A stretch of 64,000 bases of DNA, taken from IMG/VR virus record IMGVR_UViG_3300042898_001927. One strand, written 5' to 3'. Shown one piece after another: positions 54,052 to 64,000 of the stretch; position 1 is the stretch's first letter; each line of letters starts with the position of its first letter. Made by a program: the position numbers and the translations under genes. The DNA comes from a virus (Duplodnaviria > Heunggongvirae > Uroviricota > Caudoviricetes). A model generated the notes under the pieces. It did no database searches. It saw nothing but the letters and a program-made list of their open reading frames with translations, and had not been told where the DNA came from.

Positions 54052-55918
54052 ATACTAATGAATAACCTACTGCGGCGGCAGTACTTCCGCCGCCGGTTCC
54101 GGAAGATCCGGTGAACCCTGTTCTGCCTAAGAATCCACTTGCTGCTGTTTCTACCCATTGAAAGCTATCGCCATCGTCGACCCATACTGCTATTTTTGAT
54201 CTAGTTGTATCGAACCAACGATCTCCCACTTGCGGACTGCTAGGAGGAGTAGTACCCCATGTGAAACTACTTTCTCCTTTGCTACCGACAAATCCAGGAT
54301 TACCTGTATAACCTTGACTTCCAGTGAAGCCTTCGCTACCCGTATAACCTTTATCACCTTGTGATCCAGTAAATCCAACACCTTCACTACCCGTGTATCC
54401 TAAGTCACCTTGGCTACCTACAAAACCGACACTACCAGTAAATCCAGCACTGCCTGTATAACCTATATCCCCGGGACTACCGGTGTTGCCCACACTTCCG
54501 GTAAATCCCTGACTGCCAGTGTAGCCCTGACTTCCGTCATACCCTTGACTGCCAGTAAATCCCTGAAGACCGAAACTACCAGTGTATCCTGTAGCCCCGT
54601 CAAGACCTGCACTGCCAGTATATCCTCGACTTCCCGTATATCCAATATCGCCTTGTGATCCAGTATAGCCCGTATCCCCTTTATCTCCATTGACAATAAA
54701 TGATACAATTACATTAGTATCGTCCGGAGGAACTGTTGTAGCACCCGAAACATATGAAACAGGGATATGAAAGTGATCGTCATGTATATAGTGTTCATTA
54801 ATAATTGCAAAGATTGCAAAATTATTAGGATTTCCTTCCTGGGATAGTTTAATATACCCCTTGATATCACTTGTCGAATCATCAACTGTTTGTATAAATG
54901 AAGAGATATCTGTACTAAATCTATCAGTATCTGCTAACGCAATAAATGTTACTGATGTAGTGACTGTACTATCTAATCGAAGATACCCGTCAGGTACAGT
55001 TCCTGCATATGTATCTGATTCAAATATGTAATAAAATGATGCGCCACCGAACTGACCATCAACACCTTTTGATCCTGTATAACCTCTATCACCTTGACTA
55101 CCAGTGAATCCTGTCGCTCCATCAGTTCCGCTAGTGCCATTTGATCCATCTAGACCTTTCGATCCAGTATATCCAATATCACCTTGACTACCTGTATAAC
55201 CAGCTGCACCGTCGGTTCCGCTAGTTCCGTCTAATCCAGCCGATCCAGTATATCCAATATCACCTTGACTACCTGTGTAACCTGCATCACCCTGTGATCC
55301 AGTATATCCTTGGCTACCTGTATAACCTTCACTTCCAGTATAACCTAAATCGCCCTGACTTCCAGTATAACCTAAATCGCCCTGACTTCCTGTATATCCA
55401 ATATCACCTTGTGACCCGGTATAACCTTGACTACCGTCATACGCATACCCGATTGGAGTACCGCTTCTGTATATCTCACCTTCGACATTTAGATCACTAC
55501 CGACATATAGTCTTTCACCAATACCAACACCGCCCGTAACGACTAATGCACCACTGCTTATATCAGTAGCCGATGTAGAATTCTGAATATTGAATACATC
55601 ATCAGTTTGTATTAATGTTGTGGTAATAGTAGTGTATTGGATGGTTAGCTTGTCGGCGACGATTTCTCCAATGACATGTAAATTGCCAGTTACAGTACTT
55701 GCACCAACTGTTAAACTACCAAGTGTAAAATTAGTGTTAGATGTATCTGTCCATACTCTTGTTCCGTCTAGGTTACCTACTAATAAAGAATTATCAGTCG
55801 TCGGTAACCCTAGATCGGGCTCAGCTTGACTAACATCTAGATAATCGTACCGATCAGCGGAAAGTTTATCTCCGCTTAATTTCTTAATCTTTCCGCTGAA
55901 TAATCTACTTTTACTCAT
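54041..55918 (-). CDS. Collagen-like (GYTGSxG) fibre protein
   Basis: 625 aa. It has two G-X-Y tracts separated by a globular insert. The C-terminus is PQVGDRWFDTTRSKIAVWVDDGDSFQWVETAASGF. Confidence 0.65.
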   Translation of the reverse strand: MSKSRLFSGKIKKLSGDKLSADRYDYLDVSQAEPDLGLPTTDNSLLVGNLDGTRVWTDTSNTNFTLGSLTVGASTVTGNLHVIGEIVADKLTIQYTTITTTLIQTDDVFNIQNSTSATDISSGALVVTGGVGIGERLYVGSDLNVEGEIYRSGTPIGYAYDGSQGYTGSQGDIGYTGSQGDLGYTGSQGDLGYTGSEGYTGSQGYTGSQGDAGYTGSQGDIGYTGSAGLDGTSGTDGAAGYTGSQGDIGYTGSKGLDGSNGTSGTDGATGFTGSQGDRGYTGSKGVDGQFGGASFYYIFESDTYAGTVPDGYLRLDSTVTTSVTFIALADTDRFSTDISSFIQTVDDSTSDIKGYIKLSQEGNPNNFAIFAIINEHYIHDDHFHIPVSYVSGATTVPPDDTNVIVSFIVNGDKGDTGYTGSQGDIGYTGSRGYTGSAGLDGATGYTGSFGLQGFTGSQGYDGSQGYTGSQGFTGSVGNTGSPGDIGYTGSAGFTGSVGFVGSQGDLGYTGSEGVGFTGSQGDKGYTGSEGFTGSQGYTGNPGFVGSKGESSFTWGTTPPSSPQVGDRWFDTTRSKIAVWVDDGDSFQWVETAASGFLGRTGFTGSSGTGGGSTAAAVGYSLVFGG

Positions 55919-56246
55919 TGCTTGTTTCTAATATACTTAGGATTAAATTTACACTGTTATTTGCACCTGCACTAGCAGTAACTGAAGAACCGGACTCTAA
56001 CACTAGCTTGCCCGTAGTAACTTCACATGCATCATTGACAGGAATTTCAAAATCTTTTAGCATGACAAAAGTAGTATCGTTTTTGATCAATGTAAATTTA
56101 ACGGTAACTGGATTATCACTAATATTATTGGCTTGTGCGCCCAGCACAATGGTGGTAAGATCTTCCGGAGTTGTGTATATAGTCTGTGTTGAAGTTGTCA
56201 ACTCAAACGCTTTAGTCTTAAACGAATTTAATGGTAATGTTGCCAT
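55911..56246 (-). CDS. Small protein, distant MAAPN-family member (cassette paralog 3)
   Basis: 111 aa. It occupies the same position relative to a collagen-like gene, with weak similarity (IVLGAQANNISDNPVTV). Confidence 0.45.
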   Translation of the reverse strand: MATLPLNSFKTKAFELTTSTQTIYTTPEDLTTIVLGAQANNISDNPVTVKFTLIKNDTTFVMLKDFEIPVNDACEVTTGKLVLESGSSVTASAGANNSVNLILSILETSNE

Positions 56247-56249
56247 ATT

Positions 56250-59200
56250 TTATTTTCCAATTGCTAGTATGTACGGTGTCATGACTGCAAATAAACTTTT
56301 AGTAAAAGTTCTTCCAGATATTGTGCCTAGATTATTATTTATAACCAGCTCATTACCGATCCTAAAGTCACCTTGCTGGTCTGTTCCTGTGAAATAGACT
56401 TTTCCGCCATTAACCATAACAGCTTGATTTTCAGATATAGGCACACCGCCTAGCGACGGCAATGCTGAATTAATATTTGTGCCAGCACCAATCCATTCAA
56501 AGTTATGTGCCGAACTCTGTATCAAACTGTACTTGTGGAATGTTACTGTAGTATCATCTGCTATGATGTTTGCAATATTTTGTTGCAGTGTGATTGTACT
56601 AGAATAGGCGTTCTCTAGTATATTTGATACTATACCTACTAGACTTTGTGCTCTTGCTGACTCTGTAGATGTCACAGGATCTACGCTAAAATCTTGCGGA
56701 ACGACTGTTTGCAATGTAAGAGCTTCGGTTCCTAACAAACACTCGTCAATGATTGATTTAATAAAATCATACGCTGCTATAGTAAGTGCTTTTTCATTTT
56801 CAGGTATTCTAAATACAGCACCATCATAATATGCATCAGCTGCTTTGGCAGTTTGACTATTGCCCCCGTATAACATGTCATAGGTAACTGCATCGATAAC
56901 ATAGCCCACATCTCGTTTGCAAGTCGATGTGTTATATGTTACTCCAACAAATGTGTCATCAATGTAGGCAATTGTTTCAGCTTTGATAAACTCTCTGTTG
57001 GCCAACAACAGGTTAAATGCATTAACTGTAGAAGTTGTAGTGCTGGAAGTTAGACCAATTGGAATACGCAATGGTGCAACACTAGGACCATTGTTAATGA
57101 TATTAGTAATGATATTAATTACATTAGATATTAATGATACTTCAATAGTTGTTGCTGTGTTAGTGCTAGTTACCTGAGATACAATGTTTTGATATGTTGC
57201 TGTGCTAACAACACCTGTAACAATGTTTGCACTAAGAGTTTTGATAAAATTATAAGCAGCAGTTGTTTGAGGAATTTCAGTTGGAATGTTAATACTTCCG
57301 CTATCAAACTCATAGTAATAGACACCCATCATAAAACTTTGTCTATTACCGGTATGTAAGAAATCAAAAGCAACACTGTCTATAATGTAACCTATGTCTC
57401 TGTAATAGGTTGAGGTATTATAAACCAAAGAAGGATATGTTGAATTAATGTAACTGATAGTATCTTGTTGCAGAGATATTTTATCAGCTAATATTGCATT
57501 ATAAGAATCTACAATAGTAGATGTTGTACTAGCAATACTGTTTGGTTCAATTAAATCAGTTATTCCGTCTGTACCATAATTGACAACGTCGAGGATGTGC
57601 GCAAATAGATCTCCGATTCGAGTCACTGCATCTCCATCGCCGATTGGTGTTACTATAGACTCGATAGAATCTCTTAGATAAGCAAGAGCGCCGCTAAGAG
57701 GAACAAGTTCTGCTCCGATAGTACCAATATAGCCATCCTTGTTCCAATATTGCAGACCGGCAAACGTACTTTGACTTGTGCCCCCGTGCAACAGATCAAA
57801 AGCAATGCTATCAACAATTAGTCCAGTGTCTCTAGAACAGGTTGCAGTGTTGTATGAAAAATTAGGTTGTGCATAGGTTACAGTTTCTTCAGCAATAAAT
57901 GCCTTGTTTGCCTGTAATATTAAACCAGCATTTATTGTATTGTCGCTTGCGCCAGTTGGTGGATTAAATGCAAACGCAGCCGCAGCTTCGGTACCGTTTT
58001 CTAATATATCTAACAGTTCGTCAAACAGTGCTGAAATTCTAGTATAAGGAGTTGTAGCAGGAGTTAGTATTGCCAATACCCTAGTCTTTAAAAATGTAAT
58101 TGCAGCCAGTGTCTCTGTTAGTTGTTCATCAACAACTACTAAACTTGCTGCCCTATAGTAACTAGTACCTGCCATAACAGTTTGATAATTGGTGTTTAAC
58201 ACCATGTCATAGCAAACTGCATTTATAATAGTCGCAACATCTCTACTGCACTTAAACTGATTAAAATCAAATCCTGGATATTCTTCCAGTATATAATTAA
58301 TCGTTTCTACTTGTAATCTAGTCTTTTCGTCTAGAACATCTTGTCTAGCATTTCTTAATGCTGCATCTTCAGTGGTCAATGTGGGAAATACAATGTCAGT
58401 GCTGCCCGTTTTAAACGCTGTACTAGATGCCACAGTGTAGTATGTGCTAGTACTGTCCCCAAATTTAACTGCATCGCCTACATTAGGTTTTGTTGTTAAA
58501 TTGTCTAGTATAAATGTACGTCCTCGCTGTGCTCCAACTAGCTTTCCCGAATATTGACTAGGGCTCACTCCATCTGCATATAACGCATAATTACCAAAAC
58601 TACTATTACTGTTAGTAATAGAACAGAATCCCCCGGTTTCACATAAGAATCCCTTGTCACAGCAAATAGTGAATACAGAAACTAGTTGTGTATAACCTAA
58701 GTTAAGCATGTGAATACCAATACCACCTTGGTTATACTGGGTAAATGCATCAACAACCATGCTCTTTGTGCCCAATGCATGACTACCATCGACACGCATA
58801 CCGGTACCTGTGCTGGTCATTGACGTGCAGTTCTGTACATAAGGGCTAGTGGAAATAACACCAGCACTACCGTCTGGATTAAACGCAACTGCGGCTGCAG
58901 GGCTTACATGGTCCTTAAAGGTCATGTGTGCCAGATAGGATCCGTTATTAACATAGAATAAATCTTGTGTAGTGTTTGCTGGGCGAACAGTTACTGAACG
59001 AAGATTATCACCTATTACTGATACAAAATCTGGAACGGTTACGGGATTCGCTTCAGTATAATCACCGCTTTTAACCATGATTGTTGTACCGCGAGTGGCA
59101 ATTGCTAAAGCTGCTTTAATGGTGAGTTTTGAACTACCATAAGATGTTCCATTGTTAGCATCATTACCACTTTTGCTCACATACAGTACGTTTTGTACAG

Positions 59201-59408
59201 CAATGCCACCGACGGATCCTGCGTATCCAGTGCTACCTGTATAACCCCTTATGCCACCGTAGTCTAAATCGTTCCATTGAAGGGCACCGTTACCAATTTT
59301 AAATAAATTAGTATCAGTTTCAATACCCATTTCGGCTAGGGCTAGAATAGGGTTAACCGTGCTCCATTCTGTAGCTGTGCCCCGTCTAAATTGGATTTGA
59401 ATAGCCAT
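56250..59408 (-). CDS. Tail fibre/tailspike with the conserved N-terminal IQFRRG motif and a pectate-lyase-like beta-helix
   Basis: 1052 aa. The N-terminus is MAIQIQFRRGTATEWSTVNPILALAEMGIETDTNLFKIGNGALQWNDLDY. There is one GYTGSTGYAGS triplet stretch, then beta-helix rungs (MRVDGSHALG, GIGIHMLNLG). Confidence 0.7.
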   Translation of the reverse strand: MAIQIQFRRGTATEWSTVNPILALAEMGIETDTNLFKIGNGALQWNDLDYGGIRGYTGSTGYAGSVGGIAVQNVLYVSKSGNDANNGTSYGSSKLTIKAALAIATRGTTIMVKSGDYTEANPVTVPDFVSVIGDNLRSVTVRPANTTQDLFYVNNGSYLAHMTFKDHVSPAAAVAFNPDGSAGVISTSPYVQNCTSMTSTGTGMRVDGSHALGTKSMVVDAFTQYNQGGIGIHMLNLGYTQLVSVFTICCDKGFLCETGGFCSITNSNSSFGNYALYADGVSPSQYSGKLVGAQRGRTFILDNLTTKPNVGDAVKFGDSTSTYYTVASSTAFKTGSTDIVFPTLTTEDAALRNARQDVLDEKTRLQVETINYILEEYPGFDFNQFKCSRDVATIINAVCYDMVLNTNYQTVMAGTSYYRAASLVVVDEQLTETLAAITFLKTRVLAILTPATTPYTRISALFDELLDILENGTEAAAAFAFNPPTGASDNTINAGLILQANKAFIAEETVTYAQPNFSYNTATCSRDTGLIVDSIAFDLLHGGTSQSTFAGLQYWNKDGYIGTIGAELVPLSGALAYLRDSIESIVTPIGDGDAVTRIGDLFAHILDVVNYGTDGITDLIEPNSIASTTSTIVDSYNAILADKISLQQDTISYINSTYPSLVYNTSTYYRDIGYIIDSVAFDFLHTGNRQSFMMGVYYYEFDSGSINIPTEIPQTTAAYNFIKTLSANIVTGVVSTATYQNIVSQVTSTNTATTIEVSLISNVINIITNIINNGPSVAPLRIPIGLTSSTTTSTVNAFNLLLANREFIKAETIAYIDDTFVGVTYNTSTCKRDVGYVIDAVTYDMLYGGNSQTAKAADAYYDGAVFRIPENEKALTIAAYDFIKSIIDECLLGTEALTLQTVVPQDFSVDPVTSTESARAQSLVGIVSNILENAYSSTITLQQNIANIIADDTTVTFHKYSLIQSSAHNFEWIGAGTNINSALPSLGGVPISENQAVMVNGGKVYFTGTDQQGDFRIGNELVINNNLGTISGRTFTKSLFAVMTPYILAIGK

Positions 59409-59437
59409 AATTACTTTTTATTCCCGCTTTCTGATAT

Positions 59438-62400
59438 TTAGCTGGAAACTCCGCCTGCGTCAATTGAGGTAATTCCACCATAATTTGAGTCAGGTTGCCC
59501 GCCATCTAAGTTTCCAAATGCGCCGCCGCCGCCGCCACCTGATATAGTGACTACAACGGCGCCTGCGCCACCTGATGCAGCAGATACACCGTCGCCTAAG
59601 AAGGTAATGCTGGTTACGGTGTTGGTTACCGTGGTCGTTTCATCTATAATCTTAATAGAAGACCCTGCGCCGGCGCTACCAGTAAATCCTAAAGATCCGG
59701 TAAATCCTGCACCTGCACTACCTGTATAACCTATTACACCTCGACTGCCAGTAAATCCTACACCTTGACTACCTGTAAATCCAGAGTTTCCCTGTGAGCC
59801 AGTAAATCCTGCTCCTTCACTCCCAGTAAATCCAGCAGACCCAGTATATCCATCTGCGCCAGCACTACCAGTAAATCCTGCACCTGCACTACCTGTGAAA
59901 CCAGTATCGCCTTTGCTACCATCGTATCCGTCTCGACCAATTAAGCCGTCCTGTCCTGCTGATCCAGTAAATCCAACTCCAGTACTACCAGTAAAACCTA
60001 GATCTCCCTGCGATCCTGTAAAGCCGGCACTACCAGTAAAGCCGCTGCCGGCTGAACCAGTAAATCCAACACCTTGGCTACCTGTATATCCTAAATCACC
60101 TCTGCTGCCAGCAAAGCCGGCACTACCAGTAAATCCTGCACCTGCACTACCAGTATAACCCAAGCTCCCGGAATATCCTCTGCTACCCACAAAACCAGCA
60201 CTACCACTAAATCCGGCACCTGCTGATCCTGTAAATCCTCTACTGCCAGAAAATCCTCTACTGCCTGAGAATCCGACTGAACCAGTTCTACCTGTGCTGC
60301 CTGCAAAACCTTGTGAGCCAGTAAATCCTCTACTTCCGGAATATCCCCTGCTTCCACTATAACCTAAACTACCGGTAAATCCTAAACTACCAGTAAATCC
60401 TCGACTTCCATTAAATCCCTGACTGCCTGAAAAGCCCCTACTGCCTGTGAAGCCAGCACCTGCACTGCCTGTAAAACCGACGCCGCGACTACCAGTATAT
60501 CCTAAAACTCTACCTACGCTGGTCCATGCTGATCCGGTCCATATCCATAAGAATCCAGTATCGGATGCAATATAACCATCACCTTTAACTCCGGTATAGC
60601 TAGGTGGTAAATTCAGTGATGACGATACTGTACCTACAATAACAACACTGCTACCCGGTGTTCCCTGAATACCTTGTGATCCAGTGTAACCTACTTCACC
60701 TCGACTACCTACAAATCCTGCACCTTGCGATCCTGTGAATCCTAAAGTACCCTGACTGCCCGTATATCCAGGAGTTGTACTTTGACTACCGGTGTAACCC
60801 TGACTACCTGTATAACCAATATCACCTAGGCTACCTGTAAATCCTGCCGAACCAGTATAGCCCAAGCTACCGCTGTAACCAATGCTACCGGTATATCCGA
60901 TAATTCGGCCTGCATCGGTCCATATAGTGCCTGTCCAGACCCACAAGTTTCCTGTGTCTTGTGCAATATATCCGTCGCCAACGAGTCCTGCGTAGCTAGG
61001 ATTTAAATTCGCGGCGGTACCAACTTGCCCAACAATTTTAACACTGGTACCTGCATCACCTTTGCTGCCAGTAAATCCTACACTACCATTAGTGCCGTTA
61101 GTACCTGCACTACCAGTGAATCCAACTACACCTTGCGTACCAGTGCTACCTGTACTACCAGTAAATCCAATTGGTCCCTGAGTACCAGTACTACCGGTGA
61201 AACCCCTGCTGCCAGTGTAGCCTTTACCTTCAGTAATAACTGGGGAAAATACGTTTAAGTCAAAAGTTGCAGTACTAGATTGAGGAACAAGGTCTGTTAT
61301 TGTAACAGTAAATGTAGCTGTACTAAATGATGCAGTTGGATTGCCGCTTAGTACACCTGTGCCGGTATTAAATGATAGCCCGTTCGGCAATAGAGTTGGA
61401 CTAATTGCATAACTCAGTGTTCCAAATCCCCCTGATCCGGTAACTGGAACAACGTCAACTGAATCGCCTTGGACTAATGACAATGGATTAACTGTGGCTG
61501 CTGCCGTTAATACCGGAGGAGCGTCGTCATTAACAGTAATTGTAATAGTCGCAGTTGATTGTTGATTTAAAGAGTCGCTTACTGTAACAGCATAGATTGA
61601 AGTAGGCGATGTTGCTGTAGGTGTTCCTGTAATTTGTCCAGATATAGAGTTGAAACTTAGACCAGCTGGCAATGATGGACTTATACTGTAGCTTAGTGTC
61701 CCAAACCCTACACTGCCTATAACAGGAATAAACGGTGTAACAACTTTATACTGTGTTAATACTGTTGTTGGAAAAGGTACTGTTGTTACAATAGCTCTAG
61801 GATTAACAGCAATAGAAACCTGTGTAGATGTAAACACAGACAGAGTGTCAGTTGCTGTAATTGTGTAGGCAGTGGCAGAACTTAATACCGTAGGAGTGCC
61901 ACTTAATACACCAGTAGAAGTATTATATAACAGTCCAGCTGGTAAAGTTGGACCAATTCTATATCTTAATGTACCATAGCCGCCGGATGCAAAGGCCAAT
62001 GTAACAGGTGTAATTGCTGTAGAAATTGTATAAGCCACTGACGATGTCGAAGCTGAGATCGTTAATGTAGGAGGCTCGTTAACAAATACTGTAAAACTAG
62101 AAGCAGTTGTACTGGCTACAGAATCTGTTACTGTAATTGTATAAGATGCAGTTGATGTAAAAGCAGTAGGTGTTCCACTGATAATACCAGTGCTGCTACT
62201 TAATGCCAAGCCATCAGGCAGTGCAGGTGACACACTATAATTGTACGGTGTTGATCCACCGCTGACTGCAACGGGCCTAACTGGAGTTATAGTTAACCCA
62301 TCAATAAAGGATAGATTAGTCGCAGTAGTAGTTGCAGTTAACGGTGGATTGTTTACTATCAAAGTAAACGGTGTACTGCTAGTTTGACCAAGACTATCAG

Positions 62401-64000
62401 TTGCAGATACTGTGAAAGTGCTGTTTGTTAATACTTGAGCAATGCCTGTTATCTTACCGTTAGTGGTTGAGAAACTCAATCCAGTTGGCAGTGCTGGATT
62501 AACAGCAAACGCAATACTACCAAAACCACCACTAGCACTTACAGGTGCGATATTTGCACTTGTTACTAATCTAACTAATGTAACAGTACTGACTACCTGT
62601 GTTGTAATCAATGCAGCAGGAGAATTAACTTCTAGATTGAATTGTCTGCTAACTATTTGACCTTGGCTGTCTGTTATGAATACAGAATAAAATGTACTTG
62701 CACTATTAACTATAGGAGTTCCGCTAACTAGTCCAGTAGAACTATTAATAGCCAACCCAGTCGGTAGTACAGGATTTATAGTGAATACATTTCCGCCGTA
62801 TCCGCCACTAGCAGTAACAGGAGTAAAAGGAGTTACTGCTACAGACCTAACTGCGATTAATGCACTTACAACTAGTGTAGAAGTAAATGCAGGCGGTATA
62901 ACACTTAATACAAATGTTTGAGTATTTCGTTGTGTTGCCTGATCACTTACTGTTACTGAATAAGTTGATGTAAAACTAAAACCAGTAGGTGTTCCGCTAA
63001 TGTTGCCATTGACTGTACTATAACTTAATCCGTTTGGCAACACTGGAGTAACTGCGTAGGCCAGTGTTCCAAAACCACCAGTTGCAGTTACTGGAGCGAA
63101 TGGTGTTGTTGCTACACCTTGATTTAAAGTAGATATTGCAACAGTAGTCGTTGTGACCAACAATGGTGGATCAATAACATTTAAACTAAATGATCTATCT
63201 ACTGTTTGAAATATTTGGTCAGAAACTGTTATGGTATAAGTTGCTGTAGAACTAGTTGTTGTAGGACTACCAAGAATCTGTCCAGTCTGTGTTAAGAAAG
63301 TTAAACCAGTTGGCAAACTAGGACTGATGCTATAGGTTAATATACCTCGACCACCAGTTGCTGTTACAGGAGTATAGCTTGATGAAACTTGATTTCTTAC
63401 CAGTGTAATAGACGAGATTACTACTGTTGCTGTAATAGCAGGCGGAGGTGGAGCGAGTGCAACAAATAAATTAAAAGACTTGCTGCTTGTTTGATTTATA
63501 GTATCTCTAGCAGTGACTGTAAAACTTGATGTGCTTAGACCAACAATTGGAAAACCTGATACTGCACCAGTTGAAGTATTGAATACTAAGTTATTAGGTA
63601 ATGCAGGGCTTACTGAATAAGCTATTGATCCTTGCCCACCACTAGCAGTAACTGGAATAAATGTAGTTGCTGTGGTAAACTGAGTTAACGCTGCACTAGG
63701 AACAGCCAACGTAGTAAACAACGGCGGATGTATTACTTCTAAATTAAAAGTCTGTGTACTCTGTTGACTTAAGGTGTCGGACACAGTAACTGCATAACTG
63801 CTTAGAGGTTGTATTACTGTAGGAGTTCCGCTTATAACACCTGTACCTGTGTTGAAAATTAATCCGGTACTTAATGCAGGATTTACTGCATATTGTAGTG
63901 TTCCAACTCCGCCACTGGCAGTAACAGGAGTACTAGTTTGTCCTGTTTTATTTAGAATAAAAGTAGTCGTACTTACTGCTAAGTTAGTAACAACAGCAGG
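59438..64000 (-). CDS. Giant fibre protein with ~14+ tandem Ig-like (~90 aa) repeats followed by a long collagen-like G-X-Y region (5' end beyond the window)
   Basis: The ORF track gives 59438..63784, but that start is a GTG (Val) inside the repeat. The same frame stays open to 64000 and still encodes the repeat (...TPVTASGGVGTLQYAVNPALSTGLIFNTGTGVISGTPT...). The repeat unit is ...PVTASGG.G...Y.V.P.LP.GL.FN..TG.ISGTPT....TY.VTV.D. The C-terminal ~600 aa are GFTGS/GYTGS triplets. Confidence 0.7.
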   Translation of the reverse strand, partial: PAVVTNLAVSTTTFILNKTGQTSTPVTASGGVGTLQYAVNPALSTGLIFNTGTGVISGTPTVIQPLSSYAVTVSDTLSQQSTQTFNLEVIHPPLFTTLAVPSAALTQFTTATTFIPVTASGGQGSIAYSVSPALPNNLVFNTSTGAVSGFPIVGLSTSSFTVTARDTINQTSSKSFNLFVALAPPPPAITATVVISSITLVRNQVSSSYTPVTATGGRGILTYSISPSLPTGLTFLTQTGQILGSPTTTSSTATYTITVSDQIFQTVDRSFSLNVIDPPLLVTTTTVAISTLNQGVATTPFAPVTATGGFGTLAYAVTPVLPNGLSYSTVNGNISGTPTGFSFTSTYSVTVSDQATQRNTQTFVLSVIPPAFTSTLVVSALIAVRSVAVTPFTPVTASGGYGGNVFTINPVLPTGLAINSSTGLVSGTPIVNSASTFYSVFITDSQGQIVSRQFNLEVNSPAALITTQVVSTVTLVRLVTSANIAPVSASGGFGSIAFAVNPALPTGLSFSTTNGKITGIAQVLTNSTFTVSATDSLGQTSSTPFTLIVNNPPLTATTTATNLSFIDGLTITPVRPVAVSGGSTPYNYSVSPALPDGLALSSSTGIISGTPTAFTSTASYTITVTDSVASTTASSFTVFVNEPPTLTISASTSSVAYTISTAITPVTLAFASGGYGTLRYRIGPTLPAGLLYNTSTGVLSGTPTVLSSATAYTITATDTLSVFTSTQVSIAVNPRAIVTTVPFPTTVLTQYKVVTPFIPVIGSVGFGTLSYSISPSLPAGLSFNSISGQITGTPTATSPTSIYAVTVSDSLNQQSTATITITVNDDAPPVLTAAATVNPLSLVQGDSVDVVPVTGSGGFGTLSYAISPTLLPNGLSFNTGTGVLSGNPTASFSTATFTVTITDLVPQSSTATFDLNVFSPVITEGKGYTGSRGFTGSTGTQGPIGFTGSTGSTGTQGVVGFTGSAGTNGTNGSVGFTGSKGDAGTSVKIVGQVGTAANLNPSYAGLVGDGYIAQDTGNLWVWTGTIWTDAGRIIGYTGSIGYSGSLGYTGSAGFTGSLGDIGYTGSQGYTGSQSTTPGYTGSQGTLGFTGSQGAGFVGSRGEVGYTGSQGIQGTPGSSVVIVGTVSSSLNLPPSYTGVKGDGYIASDTGFLWIWTGSAWTSVGRVLGYTGSRGVGFTGSAGAGFTGSRGFSGSQGFNGSRGFTGSLGFTGSLGYSGSRGYSGSRGFTGSQGFAGSTGRTGSVGFSGSRGFSGSRGFTGSAGAGFSGSAGFVGSRGYSGSLGYTGSAGAGFTGSAGFAGSRGDLGYTGSQGVGFTGSAGSGFTGSAGFTGSQGDLGFTGSTGVGFTGSAGQDGLIGRDGYDGSKGDTGFTGSAGAGFTGSAGADGYTGSAGFTGSEGAGFTGSQGNSGFTGSQGVGFTGSRGVIGYTGSAGAGFTGSLGFTGSAGAGSSIKIIDETTTVTNTVTSITFLGDGVSAASGGAGAVVVTISGGGGGGAFGNLDGGQPDSNYGGITSIDAGGVSS

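Larger units (their letters stand above)
50485..61240 (-). repeat. Dispersed coding tandem repeats: collagen-like 9-nt (G-X-Y) units shared across four or more genes
   Basis: Codon-level repeats of (ggn tay acn ggn tcn ...) are visible in genes 50485..52770, 54041..55918, 37483..37758, 40212..41027 and 59438..61240. These are coding repeats, not CRISPR repeats. Confidence 0.7.

Noticed and set aside
50485-61240. Possible CRISPR array, suggested by regularly spaced short repeats
   Set aside because: The repeats are 9-nt codon-level G-X-Y units inside long ORFs. They have no unique spacers and no repeat-spacer periodicity of 28-37/30-40 nt.

Overview
This window is a T4-like (Tevenvirinae-type) myophage genome segment. 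Genes are almost all on the minus strand; one small plus-strand island sits at 29.6-30.6 kb. Sequence-readable hallmarks are adjacent rIIA/rIIB, an nrdA-iscU-nrdB-grx ribonucleotide reductase block, sigma70-consensus early promoters (TTGACA-N17/18-TATAAT) and T4-type late promoters (TATAAATA).

The first ~31 kb is an early/auxiliary-gene region. It holds ribosomal protein bS21, a full-length ClpX, a DEDDh exonuclease, a beta-class amino-DNA-methyltransferase with an overlapping partner ORF, an SPFH lipoprotein, CspA and a TIGR02594/CHAP-type wall hydrolase. The most notable block is phosphate-linked: periplasmic PstS next to an operon of an LpxH/PlcP-like metallophosphoesterase plus a GT2 glycosyltransferase. 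Each unit is preceded by a near-identical tandem direct repeat of the Pho-box type, GATTACA(A/G) twice with an 11-nt period. That suggests a phage-borne, PhoB-controlled phospholipid-remodelling module.

From 31 kb to the window end is a hyper-repetitive late structural locus of tail-fibre/whisker type. It contains a 1122-aa four-domain glycosyltransferase/FkbM-methyltransferase and three paralogous cassettes, each a small MAAPN-family protein, a collagen-like (GYTGSxGDxGYTGS) protein and glycine-rich proteins. It also contains a 2285-aa protein with about six LamG/ConA-like modules, two beta-helix fibre proteins with the conserved IQFRRG N-terminal motif, and a >1500-aa protein of 14 or more Ig-like repeats fused to collagen-like repeats that runs off the window end.

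No tRNA, rRNA or CRISPR array was found. The many proline-rich plus-strand ORFs are antisense artefacts of the Gly codon runs.
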